64,000 nt of DNA. Origin: Trypanosoma brucei. Taxonomy: Eukaryota. Both the position numbers and the translations under genes were made by a program. The stretch's first letter is position 1; each line of letters starts with the position of its first letter. Shown in pieces: positions 40,874 through 51,737 of this stretch. Where the stretch lies: the NCBI GenBank assembly GCA_000002445.1, contig CP000069.1, positions 704,001 through 768,000 of the forward strand, written 5' to 3'. Below the pieces are notes generated by a model. That model saw nothing but the letters and a program-made list of their open reading frames with translations, was not told where the DNA came from and made no database searches.

Positions 40874-42271
40874 GTGTTGGTCCCATTTCCCCGCTCATCA
40901 GACGTATTGATTTCAAACGTGTGCATAGACATGGCTACAGAAGCGGAGGAATACGTGGGAGGTGTACCAATTATCGTGTCGCTAAGTAAGACGGACTGCA
41001 CCATTATGGAGGAACCACCTTCACTTTCATATTTGCTGCCGCGCACAACGGCGTTAATGGCAATACGCGATGATGTACAAAAGTTCTTTTCACCCTTCAT
41101 AGCTGCGCAAGTGGACACTCCACTACTGGTTTGGTTCACATACAATAATGAACCTGTTCCGTGGCAATACCCTGTTGGTGCTATAAAGGACAGTATCATA
41201 GCTCTAAAGTTGTGTGAGGGAAGTGGAGCGGATGTGCCTTTCCTTCCAGATACGGTGGCAGCGCTGCCCTCCCCCGCAGAATTGAACCCACACTCATTTA
41301 CTGTGCCATTATTGCTGGAGGCGCGTGTTACTTGTGTTTCGTCTGACAAACCTTTAGGAGTTCCATGTCCTGGGCAGGAGGACAATACGGCGTGTCGAAA
41401 CTCTGAACAAACCGTACGAGACTACTTAAAGCAAATAATGAAAGGAACATTTTCTGCCATGTATGGAAGCATAAAAGGGATAATGGACGCTCGCAACGAG
41501 GTCATCAACGATATGTTGAACTTCGCTTTGTGTACGCATATGGGGGAACCGTTGGTGCAGGCGTTAAGAGCGCACAACGAGCGTATGACAGTGCTGCGGC
41601 GTACAGTGCGCAACTTCTCAAATGTTGCTGTTATGATCAACATGCCTTTGGCGAATAAATTCATGCATTTTGCTCTTTTTCGTGTTCCTGCATCTACATG
41701 CATGGCGTCTCAGGGTGGTGGTTCTACTTTGAAGGGTGGAGATTTCAGGTCGAGTATATCGAGTGTGGAACAATCAAGTGGAATAGTGGAAAGTGTACAA
41801 ATTGGACAAAGCGTTGATGGTAATGACGGTGGAATGGGGGCGAGCAACGCGACAGTTGTAGCCGATGACTGTAATGTAACATTTGGAGAAATTATTTGGC
41901 GCGCTTTGCTAGTGCCGTGGTGTAGAAGAAGCAAACAAGCCGTTCCCGACGGTGCGCCTGCAGATCCTGCAGCGCCGTTCTTTCAAGCCTTATCACGCTT
42001 TTATGAAGGTATGAATGATTATGTAGCGTTAGGTGGTGTCGTTTCCTCTTCACAAGCGGGAGTACTGATCGACAAATTTATTTCGTGCAGTAATGCAGAA
42101 AATGATGCGGATGGAATATATGTTACGTCTTCCACCGCACCAACTCGGCGTCAACGCCTTGGTTTCGTTGTTCAAGGAACATGCCCTCCTCTTCAAACTC
42201 CAGTGAAGTATTTGCTGGAACGGTTTACATCCGCCGATGGGAGGTTGTACGTCACATTTACAGTGTTTTGA
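40874..42271 (+). CDS. ATG5: autophagy protein ATG5 homologue. The probable start is the Met of MATEAEEY (40931). It has a long insertion and C-terminal extension.
   Basis: The N-terminal segment EEPPSLSYLLPRTTALMAIRDDVQKFF...LLVWFTYNNEPVPWQYPVGAIKD matches the ATG5 UblA region (EPYYLLLPRVSYLTLV...VKKHF...[21 protein letters not shown]). Confidence 0.7.
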   Translation: MLVPFPRSSDVLISNVCIDMATEAEEYVGGVPIIVSLSKTDCTIMEEPPSLSYLLPRTTALMAIRDDVQKFFSPFIAAQVDTPLLVWFTYNNEPVPWQYPVGAIKDSIIALKLCEGSGADVPFLPDTVAALPSPAELNPHSFTVPLLLEARVTCVSSDKPLGVPCPGQEDNTACRNSEQTVRDYLKQIMKGTFSAMYGSIKGIMDARNEVINDMLNFALCTHMGEPLVQALRAHNERMTVLRRTVRNFSNVAVMINMPLANKFMHFALFRVPASTCMASQGGGSTLKGGDFRSSISSVEQSSGIVESVQIGQSVDGNDGGMGASNATVVADDCNVTFGEIIWRALLVPWCRRSKQAVPDGAPADPAAPFFQALSRFYEGMNDYVALGGVVSSSQAGVLIDKFISCSNAENDADGIYVTSSTAPTRRQRLGFVVQGTCPPLQTPVKYLLERFTSADGRLYVTFTVF

Positions 42272-42540
42272 TGGATCATATGAATTACATTTCCATGGGC
42301 GCTGAAATAGCTTCTACTACTGATAAGAAAGTGGGGCAAAGTGAGTGAGCTGCGGTTGTTGTGATTGGAGTTATTGTTTAATTGCCTCAGTGTCTCACAC
42401 GTTCACGTTTTGCATTTGTGAATACACTGTTGTTCTTCTGACTACCCTCCTGCTTCTTATTTATGTTGCATTTTTTCTTTTTGATAATCAAAATATTGTA
42501 TCATTTTACAGTTGCAAGGTAATAGTAGTGGCATCTGCTA

Positions 42541-43707
42541 ATGCGCAAGAAGAGCGTGCAAGAGACCGATGAGGTTCCGAACGAGAGATTACCTCACATT
42601 TTGTCGTCTTCTGATGATCCAACTGAAGTGAACAAAGCTCTCGTTGTACTTCTACGGAGACTTCGCGCAGGTGCCGGCGAACCCATTTCTCTCTCACCAG
42701 CAACTCTTAGTCAACTCCTCCGTATTCTTGTGGGGCGCACAGATGATGCGTGGTTGGAGGTGAGAAAGAAAATTGCTTTTGTGTTTAGCGAGTTACTATC
42801 AAAGGACAATGCGGATGTGCTGGCGGATGCACTGCTCTACGGACGGTTGCACACCACAACAAGCAGCGAAGCTCGCGCCAGTCGTATTGACTTTGGAGGC
42901 GTGGATGAAAATAGTGCGCCGGACCCGTTCACGTCACTGAAGAAAATGAAGGAAATTTTAGGAAAACTGGCAGAGGCACATGGTACGGTGGAGCGGTGTG
43001 TTCCTGCGGCCGATGTTTTCCGAACATTTTTGCGCCTCCCTGCTCTTTTGGAAGTCATTATGTCGCCAGAGCCGCTATTCGATGTTGAGGACAACGACGG
43101 ATCTGCTCCCGCCCACCACGCAACGAAGAAACGCTGCTTCAATGATACTTGCATTGGAATACTTTGTCGCAGTGCGCAGGCTTACACAACAGCCCTTTGC
43201 ACAGAAACTTGGCGCTCACTTTCCACTGCCTTATGCACAAATAAAGCTCTTTCGGCACCTTTGCTCTTGTGTTATTTCAACGAATTTGTGGGCATGTTCC
43301 TGGGCTGCTTGGAAGGTGATAACTTCGTGGCAAAGCTTCATGCTCTGGAGCTCATTGATGCCATTCTTGAAGATGCCGCTTTTCTCAAAGCACGCCCAAA
43401 GCTTGCAGAGTCTCCGGCGTTGCTTTGTGCGTTACTTCCCCTGACGAACTCACGGTCACAACACATTCGTTTCCTTACTTTTGATGCAATTAAAGTTTTC
43501 ATCGCAAAGGGAAACAAACCAGCCCCGATCCGTTATATTCTCTACATAAACCGTGAAACACTGGCACGCTATGTAGAGGATTACTCCCCCAATGAAGCAA
43601 CCATCGGGAAAGTGTTGAGTGCGGAGAAGGAAAAAATTCTGCGGAGTCTTCTTTCATTAGAACCACTGAGCCATGAGGAAGAAGTATTGTTGAATGCGTC
43701 GGCGTAG
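42541..43707 (+). CDS. MO25/CAB39-like armadillo scaffold protein
   Basis: C-terminal region NFVAKLHALELIDAIL...IRFLTFDAIKVFIAKGNKPAPIRYILYINRETLARYVEDY aligns with human MO25 NYVTKRQSLKLLGELIL...[40 protein letters not shown]. Confidence 0.75.
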   Translation: MRKKSVQETDEVPNERLPHILSSSDDPTEVNKALVVLLRRLRAGAGEPISLSPATLSQLLRILVGRTDDAWLEVRKKIAFVFSELLSKDNADVLADALLYGRLHTTTSSEARASRIDFGGVDENSAPDPFTSLKKMKEILGKLAEAHGTVERCVPAADVFRTFLRLPALLEVIMSPEPLFDVEDNDGSAPAHHATKKRCFNDTCIGILCRSAQAYTTALCTETWRSLSTALCTNKALSAPLLLCYFNEFVGMFLGCLEGDNFVAKLHALELIDAILEDAAFLKARPKLAESPALLCALLPLTNSRSQHIRFLTFDAIKVFIAKGNKPAPIRYILYINRETLARYVEDYSPNEATIGKVLSAEKEKILRSLLSLEPLSHEEEVLLNASA

Positions 43708-43724
43708 CGTTTGGGTGGAGGTGC

Positions 43725-43760
<36 letters not shown>

Positions 43761-43768
43761 CATGTGTG
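43725..43768. repeat. (TA)8(TG)10 compound microsatellite
   Basis: tatatatatatatatatgtgtgtgtgtgtgtgtgtgcatgtgtg, directly downstream of the MO25 stop. Confidence 0.95.
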
Positions 43769-44219
43769 TTTATGCTTGGTATTTGGTGTTTGAAGAATTG
43801 TTGGTGTCTTCATGTGTTAACCTCCGGCAATATTTTCCCTTTTGTTTGTTGTCCCCTTCGTCCCTGTCGCTGCATTTCTGATTTATATCCTCTTTCCCTT
43901 CCATCTTTGTGTCTCCTTTTTTTTTTCAAAAAAAAAAGAATATTGTTGTGGTGCTGTTCGTACCCCATTGTGAAATATTGTGTGCACGCTTGAGGGTAAA
44001 GTGTGATATTCAAATTTGACCACGGTAAAAGAAATAATAAAAGGTCAGAGTGTAACGCCAAGGGTTGAAAGAGTGCTGAAGTGGAGGTAGCGTTACATTG
44101 AAGGGTAACGTGACATTCATCAAGTGCAACGAGAACATTCTGGATATAAACAAACTTGATTTTTTAGCAGACGAGAAAAACCGTCGTCGTACTGTTGGTT
44201 CTATTGGTGACACTGTGGT

Positions 44220-45761
44220 ATGCCCCGTAGTGGTGATGCCAAGAGCAGCGGCAGTGAGGTTGCTTGCCGCACATTTGACCCATGTCAACTTAATTTATCT
44301 TCGGCAACGCCCGTGGGCTCAGGGGCAATTTCTCATGTAGTGCGCACAACCCTGCAGGGCGCGGCGAACACCCCAATAGCGGTGAAGATTCTGTCGAAAA
44401 TTCAACTACTTCAGCAGAAAAAAGTTCAGTCGGCGATGAATGAGAAACGTGCACTCTTAGACTTGGCACCACATCCCTTTATCGCTCGCTTGTACGGCAC
44501 GGCCCAATCCGAGGATGAGCTGTACTTTGTTATGGAACACCTCCCACACGGAGACCTTTTAGAGCATATCAGAACCCGGTATTCACGACATTCGTGCCGC
44601 CGACACTCTGAAGATGTTGCCAACACCCCGAGTGATCGTAATGGGCTGCAAACATCGTCTAGTTCCACTCCTTGTTTGGACTTCCACGACATTCAGCTCA
44701 TTACGGCGCAACTTGTCGTGGGGCTCGCTCACGTATTTGCGAAGGGTTTTGTGTTGCGTGACCTTAAACCTGAGAATATCGTGTTCGACGAAAAATATCG
44801 TGCGTGCCTGATCGACTTTGATACGGTGGATGTGGAGGGCCGCACCGCACTGCCCATATCCAACAAAGGAGTTGCGGTACGCAGCAAACGCTCCAGCGGT
44901 GAAGGGAAGGACGGAGCTAAGAAACGACTAACCATTTCATCCATACAGACGATGCGGCGCAATACCGCTAATTTTTGCGGGACAGCGCAATACGTCTCAC
45001 CTGAGATGGTAGGGGAGTGCCGCTGGAGTTACAGTAGTGACCTTTGGGCTCTTGGCACCGTTGTTTATGAGATGCTGTATGGGAAACATATGTTTTCGGG
45101 AGATAATGCCTTTAAGGTAATGAAGGCTGTGGTAAAGGGCGTTTCACCTGAGAATGTCCCCTTTCCTCGTGTGGATATCGGTCCAGAGTTTGACGCCTTT
45201 GAGCGCACGAAGGATTTCATAGTTCGGTTGTGCCACACAGATCCAACTCAGCGTCTTGGTGTGAATCCAATCACTGGAATGTTCGATCTGGATGTGCTAA
45301 GACAGCATGACATATTTGGGGATTTCTGTTGGGATGTTTTGGATGAGCACGTTCAGCAATACAGGCCCGTTGACATTTCCGCTAACCCCAATGAATGCGC
45401 GGCTCCCGCTTCGTTCCGCGGGCCGCTGCATCCGCAAATGTTGTCGGATCACACAGCTTCCCTGGAGTCTCACTACCACGCTGTGCCAGTTCATAACCCA
45501 GAATACGCTGAGTACGTTTATACGGCTACTGCCGATGTTAATCCGTTTGAGCGGTGGGCGTGTGGTGTTGTTGAGAAAGATGCTAATTATAATGTGGAAA
45601 ATGAGGCTGTAACGAGAGGGTTGGAGAAGGAAAGTGTTCCCAAGCTTAGCGCAGAAAACTCTGAGTGCGACGGCAGTGATGATGATGATGATGATATTTC
45701 CGTGATTGATGATGTTGGTGTGCAATACTTCAATAATGTTCATGAAGATTTCATGAAGTAA
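44220..45761 (+). CDS. Ser/Thr protein kinase, PDK1-like, with an acidic Asp-rich C-terminus
   Basis: Kinase motifs VAVKIL, LRDLKPENIVFD and IDFDT. Activation segment FCGTAQYVSPEMV...SDLWALGTVVYEML closely resembles PDK1 FVGTAQYVSPELL...SDLWALGCIIYQLV. The true start may be downstream of 44220. Confidence 0.7.
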   Translation: MPRSGDAKSSGSEVACRTFDPCQLNLSSATPVGSGAISHVVRTTLQGAANTPIAVKILSKIQLLQQKKVQSAMNEKRALLDLAPHPFIARLYGTAQSEDELYFVMEHLPHGDLLEHIRTRYSRHSCRRHSEDVANTPSDRNGLQTSSSSTPCLDFHDIQLITAQLVVGLAHVFAKGFVLRDLKPENIVFDEKYRACLIDFDTVDVEGRTALPISNKGVAVRSKRSSGEGKDGAKKRLTISSIQTMRRNTANFCGTAQYVSPEMVGECRWSYSSDLWALGTVVYEMLYGKHMFSGDNAFKVMKAVVKGVSPENVPFPRVDIGPEFDAFERTKDFIVRLCHTDPTQRLGVNPITGMFDLDVLRQHDIFGDFCWDVLDEHVQQYRPVDISANPNECAAPASFRGPLHPQMLSDHTASLESHYHAVPVHNPEYAEYVYTATADVNPFERWACGVVEKDANYNVENEAVTRGLEKESVPKLSAENSECDGSDDDDDDISVIDDVGVQYFNNVHEDFMK

Positions 45762-47702
45762 TGGTATTATGTGTGTGTGTGTGTGTATGTATGGGAGGCA
45801 TTCGTCACTCTATTTCCTTTGCAGTAATTCAGTTGTTACTTCGAGTTTTGTTCCTTTCTGAAGTGGTAGACACAATTAAGGTCTCTACCTTTTCTCTTCT
45901 TTTTTTTTCTCTCTGGGGGAATTATTCCCTCCTTCGTCTTTTTTTTTTAATATATCCTGACCCATTATTGTCGCGGTCTCCACTGGCCTGAAAAAAGTAC
46001 CCGAGAGGGCGAACATATGCGAAAGTTTTGTTGGATTAAATGTTGTTGTATTTGTTTTGCAACGTACATTCCCTCTTTTCTGATTTAGCTCCCTTACTCA
46101 AAATCGACACCATGCTTGTATGGTTTCGACGGTTGCAGTTGCGAAAAAAAAAAGAAAACAGTGGATATGGAGCAAAATCTAAGAAGGATTTCCCACTCCT
46201 TTTCTATTTTATTGCCTTGCGCTACAAAGCCAGCGTGGTCAATGCACTCGTAAGATATCAGCAGGATGAAACGTTGACCTTTGCAAGGAGAGTGGGGAAG
46301 AAATAACTTTGTTTACCCTACGCTCGCAATGGTTCCACTTATCCATTCGTATATTTATCTTTTTATCTATTTACATATGCTTGTATCTATTTATATGTAC
46401 GCATTCATTTATGAATATATGTGAGTTACCAACTGGCTTGTGGAGTGCCTTTGGTTACTGCGGTTTGATCCAGGAAATTAGTTGCATGTTGGTGGAGCGG
46501 AGTGGAGTGGAGTGAGAAGATAAATGGAGGGGGATTGCCTTTAACAGCAGCACTTTATGTAATATGGGTTCTTTGCAGGAAATTGCTTTCACTCATGAAC
46601 ATACCGCTCATAATTTCCGCACCATGTGATCTATTAACGGCATATTTTGATACTGGTAGTCGCAAAGGTTTTATTCCTTAACATATTAACCAAAAAATTA
46701 TGAAAAAAAAGTACACATGACGCGGTAGCGTTCGTCCCTCGCATCATACCACCTGACCTCTGGTGAGGCGCATGCCCAAAAGCGTGTGTACTTCAACTGC
46801 TTGTGCCACTTATTATTATTATTATTTTTTTTTTTCTTAAGGAGGGGAGGAGGGGTTGAGTGTGAGGCGTTAAGCTGCAGATGGTGATACGACCATATCG
46901 TGGAAACCGTGAGGGCAAAGGGTTGCATGATGTTTTATTCTCTTTGGATTTACCGTATGCAAAACAGATGATATGGGTTGTATAACATTACCTAGCTGAT
47001 CAAAGGAGTTGTGTATATTTGTGCGTTAACGCGTATTATACATTAATTGGAGGTGATAAAATGAATAAGCTTCAAATGTTTTCTATTCGTCTTTTATGTT
47101 TTGTTTTGCGTGTGTGTGTGTGTGTTTTCTTGCTTTTTTTTTAAGTTGTGGCACTGCAGCAGGGAAGTTGGTGAGGGTTGAGGTTGTATCATCGTCAGCG
47201 TTGCAAGTGATTGCGAACTGGCAGGAAGCGCCTCTTTTGAATTGAAAGCAACAAAGCTGATTTTTTTGAAAAAGAAATATATAAACATGCATATACAAGG
47301 TGTGTACAGTACAAGAGGAGAGTGAGCATGTTTTACGGTTGTAGGGGAATGCTCTGATGAGTTGCGCTTAGTGATATCCCGTGCGTAAATAGCAAAAAGA
47401 AAAGACTAACGAATACAAACACTTTTCTATTTTACCTTGACATGTCAGGCTTGCTCACACACTGTTTGAGTTTGCAATAGCACCAAAATCAGTGTTATTT
47501 CTTTTTGCATTTCTTCCCTTGTTTAAATTTTTTTATTGCTTCGTGTACTTTCTATTTTCCTTTTTCATAGAGTCTGTTAACCAAATTAAAAGGGGAGGTG
47601 AAGAAATAGGGGACGCTGCTTACAAGGATAGTATTTTAGAAATACATTCAGGTTGGTAAGCAGACACGACAAAGCGTTTTTCTCTCCCTGTTTTCTGCAA
47701 CC

Positions 47703-50702
47703 ATGATTGAGGTAAGCAGTTTGGAGCAACTGTTGTCTTTTATTCAGAGGGAAGCCATTCTCGTAGTTAAGTTCTATGCTGATTGGTGCGGGCCATGCAA
47801 GCAGATAGAGGGGCAGTATAACGTGTTGAGTCAAGTGTTCACAGCGGTAACATTTTGCACGTGCAATATTGACCGCAATCGAGCCTGCGCGGAGCGTTTT
47901 CAGGTGCAAAGTATACCAACATTCATAATTTGGTACCGTGGGCGTGTGGAAACGACAATCCGTGGAGGAGATTTACCCCAAGTGGAAAGAGTAATTGTCG
48001 ATTTGACCAGACAACAGCAGCATGGTGAAGTGGCGATTGCTTCGGCGTCACGGGAGCAATCTGCATCACGCCCAATCCACGAGATTTTGCTGGCGAAGAT
48101 GAATCAACTGGCGCAGACCATCAAGACCACCCCCGCAAACAAGGGTGCTGAACAAGGTGCTTGCGAAGCAGTTTATGCTCTTCTCGAAGCCGGCTGTGAG
48201 CAACAACCGTTCGGTGCTTTGTTGCTTCCCTACTTTGCTTGTGAGGGATTCAGTGCGGTTGCTGTGGATGCCCTGTTTGCTTACATTTCTTCCAAGGGTG
48301 AGCCATATTCCAAAGGCATTCAAATAATTGTCAATAGAATGATGACCCAATTGATTGAATTTTTCCTGGCTTCGACCTTGGACCAGACTCGCGAACTATG
48401 TATGATGCAGCGGGCAGTGTATTCTATGGTGACATGCCGTTCGGTTCTGCCTATATTTGTTCATTCACACCTCTTTTACAGCGATTCTTTTACTGATGGC
48501 TTACAACTTGAGTATGGGACTATCTTAGGTGCCATACTCGGTGTGGGTGTGTTTAGTCGCGCATCCCGCCCGCTTCCACCACTCTTGCGCATGGTTGAGT
48601 GGAGGGGCTATATGGACATGTTTCCTACAGAGTCGGAAGACCACTCTCAAAAAATATCGGACCTGCAGAGCAGCATGGAAACTGCATGTGATGCGAACAA
48701 ACGTATAGTCCTGGTGCTGCTCCAAAATAAACTGTCCCGTTTTCACACATTGCGGTTCATGGGGTCGGCCCTACGTCTCAACGCCGGGTACACCAGGACC
48801 ATGCACCATGATTTGCCTCTTTCCTCACGGTTCTTTATGTGCCAACTGAATGATGTGTTAATGGAGGCTGCGCTTCCTGTGTTCACGAAGGGATGTGATG
48901 CGTCATCTATTCCACCTGCTTATCTTTTGGAAGATCCGGGTGAGGAAACGGTCGTGGACTTTGGGGAAAGTGTAGAGCGCATCACCCATTATGATGAAAA
49001 CCGACCGCTTCCTTCCTTTCCATCACTTCAAGAACCCTTCAAACCTACTGTGCATCTCTTTTTCCTTGCGGCTCGCTCAATGATGCTTAGCGTGTCAGTT
49101 CTCATCGAGTTGCATGAACGAGTTGAACATGAATCATCACGACCGAACACCTCAACTCAACAACGTGCCTTGTGTATTGTGGAAAAGTCGCTCGTTGAAG
49201 GGCTGATTGGCTCCCACAGTCTTGGTCAGAAACGTGTGCGTTTGTTGAACGGAATTGCTGGGTGGCTTGTAAAAGTTATGGGCACGCTGGAGGATGGAAC
49301 TCTTTTACCTGAGCCACCTGAGACCTGGAAGTATTTACCACAGCAGTTAGTGGAAGTAGTCATTCGTGGCATGCAGCTTGCTCCACTAGACTATCCCGAC
49401 GTGGAAAATGTTATCTCACTTATGCTTGTTTTGATGGGGAACACAGTATACTTTCCTAAACCCCATACACATGCGCTTTTTCCAGACTTTCTTCTGCGGC
49501 TTTTGCGAAATGAGGATACGCAGCAAGCCTTAATGGCACACCGATGGTTTTCCCAGAATATCGTACGCAGTTGTGTTTTATGCTATATTGCGGTGGAGAA
49601 GTCCACCTACGAGAAAGTATCGGTGCGTTACACACTTTCACGGTGCACGAAATCATTTCTTTTGCACGAATCCTTGTGTCAACCTGTACGTGCAGAGTTT
49701 GAAGCAGGCGGGACGCTTTTGGAACGCTTTTCGCACATGGTCACTGCTGAGGTTAACGACGCAGTGGATCAACTGATTGGCACATTAACGCAAATGAACC
49801 GTCTCGTGCGTGAGGGTGCCGATCTCAGCGAAAATCCCAATCCTCATCGCGGTGATGGTGGAGGGAACGATGGCACTGCAGGTCGTGCCGCGACTGTTAA
49901 TCGTGGAACTCATAGGAATACGGAAAATGAGGAAGAAAGTGAAGATGAAACTGAGGGCTCACCTCAGTCTTACCATCAGCTTGGTCTGGGGTTAAAGCAG
50001 CGGATTCTTCTCTTTGAAGGTAGTGTGGACCTGTTCATTCAGTTGGCATCGAGTTTCCCCAAAGGCGTTGCCCAGAACATGGTGGCGCAGCAAATTAGCC
50101 AGATGTTGGCGCGAAGTCTTACTAGTTTTGTTGGAGCGGACAGTAAAAAACTGAAGATCGAGCATCCGGAGCGCTACGGTTTCCGACCTCGTGAAATACT
50201 TGGACGTATTGTTGAGTGTTTGGTACAGTTCGTTCGCTTAGAGAACTTCCTGCGATGTCTGTGTAACTGTGGTGTGCCGCAAAAGGATATCCTCCAGGCG
50301 ATGAAGGTAATTTCAGAACGCGGACTAGTTGGTGAGCATCTTGTGTGGAAATTGAATGAGATCGCTTCTTCCCTCCAAGCCATGTCGGCACGGGTACGTG
50401 AAGAGGAAGCCCTATGGGATGAAGCGCCGGAGTTTGCTCTCGACGCCTTACTTTCCACGCCGTTGCTTCGTCCCATAGCTCTGCCTTCTGATGTAAAGGA
50501 TTTGGACGATCTTGTGTATACAAATGAGGACACTCTTCATCACCTTTTGTTGTCGGAAAGCAAACACCCGTTTACTAAAGAGTATCTGGATGAAGAGATG
50601 GTGAAGGAGTTCAACGCACGTGAGGACGTTATGCAGGCGAGGGAGCGACTTCAAAACCGCATAGCCGAATGGTTGAGGAACGCGAAGGCGCACCGTGAAT
50701 GA
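47703..50702 (+). CDS. thioredoxin-domain protein fused to a ~850-aa helical region that ends in a degenerate U-box-like segment (possible Ufd2/E4-related)
   Basis: N-terminal Trx fold with active site WCGPC (VVKFYADWCGPCKQIE...VQSIPTFIIW). The C-terminus ...DDLVYTNEDTLHHLLLSESKHPFTKEYLDEEMVKEFNARED resembles the UFD2 U-box region HLLSDSTDPFNRMPLKLEDVTPNEELR. Confidence 0.6.
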   Translation: MIEVSSLEQLLSFIQREAILVVKFYADWCGPCKQIEGQYNVLSQVFTAVTFCTCNIDRNRACAERFQVQSIPTFIIWYRGRVETTIRGGDLPQVERVIVDLTRQQQHGEVAIASASREQSASRPIHEILLAKMNQLAQTIKTTPANKGAEQGACEAVYALLEAGCEQQPFGALLLPYFACEGFSAVAVDALFAYISSKGEPYSKGIQIIVNRMMTQLIEFFLASTLDQTRELCMMQRAVYSMVTCRSVLPIFVHSHLFYSDSFTDGLQLEYGTILGAILGVGVFSRASRPLPPLLRMVEWRGYMDMFPTESEDHSQKISDLQSSMETACDANKRIVLVLLQNKLSRFHTLRFMGSALRLNAGYTRTMHHDLPLSSRFFMCQLNDVLMEAALPVFTKGCDASSIPPAYLLEDPGEETVVDFGESVERITHYDENRPLPSFPSLQEPFKPTVHLFFLAARSMMLSVSVLIELHERVEHESSRPNTSTQQRALCIVEKSLVEGLIGSHSLGQKRVRLLNGIAGWLVKVMGTLEDGTLLPEPPETWKYLPQQLVEVVIRGMQLAPLDYPDVENVISLMLVLMGNTVYFPKPHTHALFPDFLLRLLRNEDTQQALMAHRWFSQNIVRSCVLCYIAVEKSTYEKVSVRYTLSRCTKSFLLHESLCQPVRAEFEAGGTLLERFSHMVTAEVNDAVDQLIGTLTQMNRLVREGADLSENPNPHRGDGGGNDGTAGRAATVNRGTHRNTENEEESEDETEGSPQSYHQLGLGLKQRILLFEGSVDLFIQLASSFPKGVAQNMVAQQISQMLARSLTSFVGADSKKLKIEHPERYGFRPREILGRIVECLVQFVRLENFLRCLCNCGVPQKDILQAMKVISERGLVGEHLVWKLNEIASSLQAMSARVREEEALWDEAPEFALDALLSTPLLRPIALPSDVKDLDDLVYTNEDTLHHLLLSESKHPFTKEYLDEEMVKEFNAREDVMQARERLQNRIAEWLRNAKAHRE

Positions 50703-51737
50703 TGCAGAAGAATGATAGAGAGTGCGTGTGCGTGTATGTGTGGTATTGTGCTGTTGGCTAGAAACGGCACCTTCTCTATGAGCTCCCCATTTTTTTGTTT
50801 TGCTGTGGGTAGTTATGACTTTCTGCATTCTTTTCGGTTGTGTGTTTCATCCGAGGTTTCTTTTCGTTTTCATTAGGGGTAAAGTGGGGGACGGTTGGCA
50901 CACTCCTTCATTTCCAGCTGTTTTAATTTTGGGGGGCTGATCGTTGAGAATTGTGGTTTGCGGTGTTACTTCCCTGCACACTTCGCGGTGCCGGACGTGT
51001 AGAGAAATTAAGTGCCATCATGTGAAGCCATTGGAGTGGTCGTGACCCAATGACCAGTGGTTATTGTTGGTGGGGTGGGTGCCCAGCGGTCGCGCCTGTT
51101 CGATGTAGTGCTTAACATTCTTTGTTGTTTTATTTCATCCATTCTTAAGAGTTTGTGTTCACTTTTGTGGCGTCGAGTGTTTATCTTTTAATTCCATTCG
51201 GTGCCTTTTTCCCCTGTTCCCGTTTGCGTTTTCAAACGGTTGTGCGGCAATCCGACAGAGGGTGAAAGCTGAAGGTTGGTGAGGGGACTATTTCTATGTG
51301 AGGGAATAGGAGTGGTATTGTGGAAGACTTGTTGCATGTCTTCACGTATATAACGCAATTTTCCCTGCTTTGCTGCAAGTGGATCGGCATGTTTTCAATC
51401 CACAAAAAAAATTTTTAAGCTTAAACCACTGGCCGACGCTTGTCGCTGATAAAGGAAACCGAGATGGTTCAGTGCGCCTTCAGCAAACTGGTGGCTGTGG
51501 CTTCCGCTTGGTGGGTTGTGCACCGCACTGTGTGTTTGCTTCCATGTTGTCCGTTACGTTGGGCCTGTTCCAACAACTGAATCAGCGGGAGTATGTATGC
51601 ACATATTTACCGAATTACGGATTGCGCTTATCTTTTGTTCATTCCCTGCTAATTTTCGCTACGTGATACGCCATTTATTGCGCGTTGTTTACAAAGCTGA
51701 TTTAGCGGCGGATAATATTCCGTCCCTCTCTTCTTGA

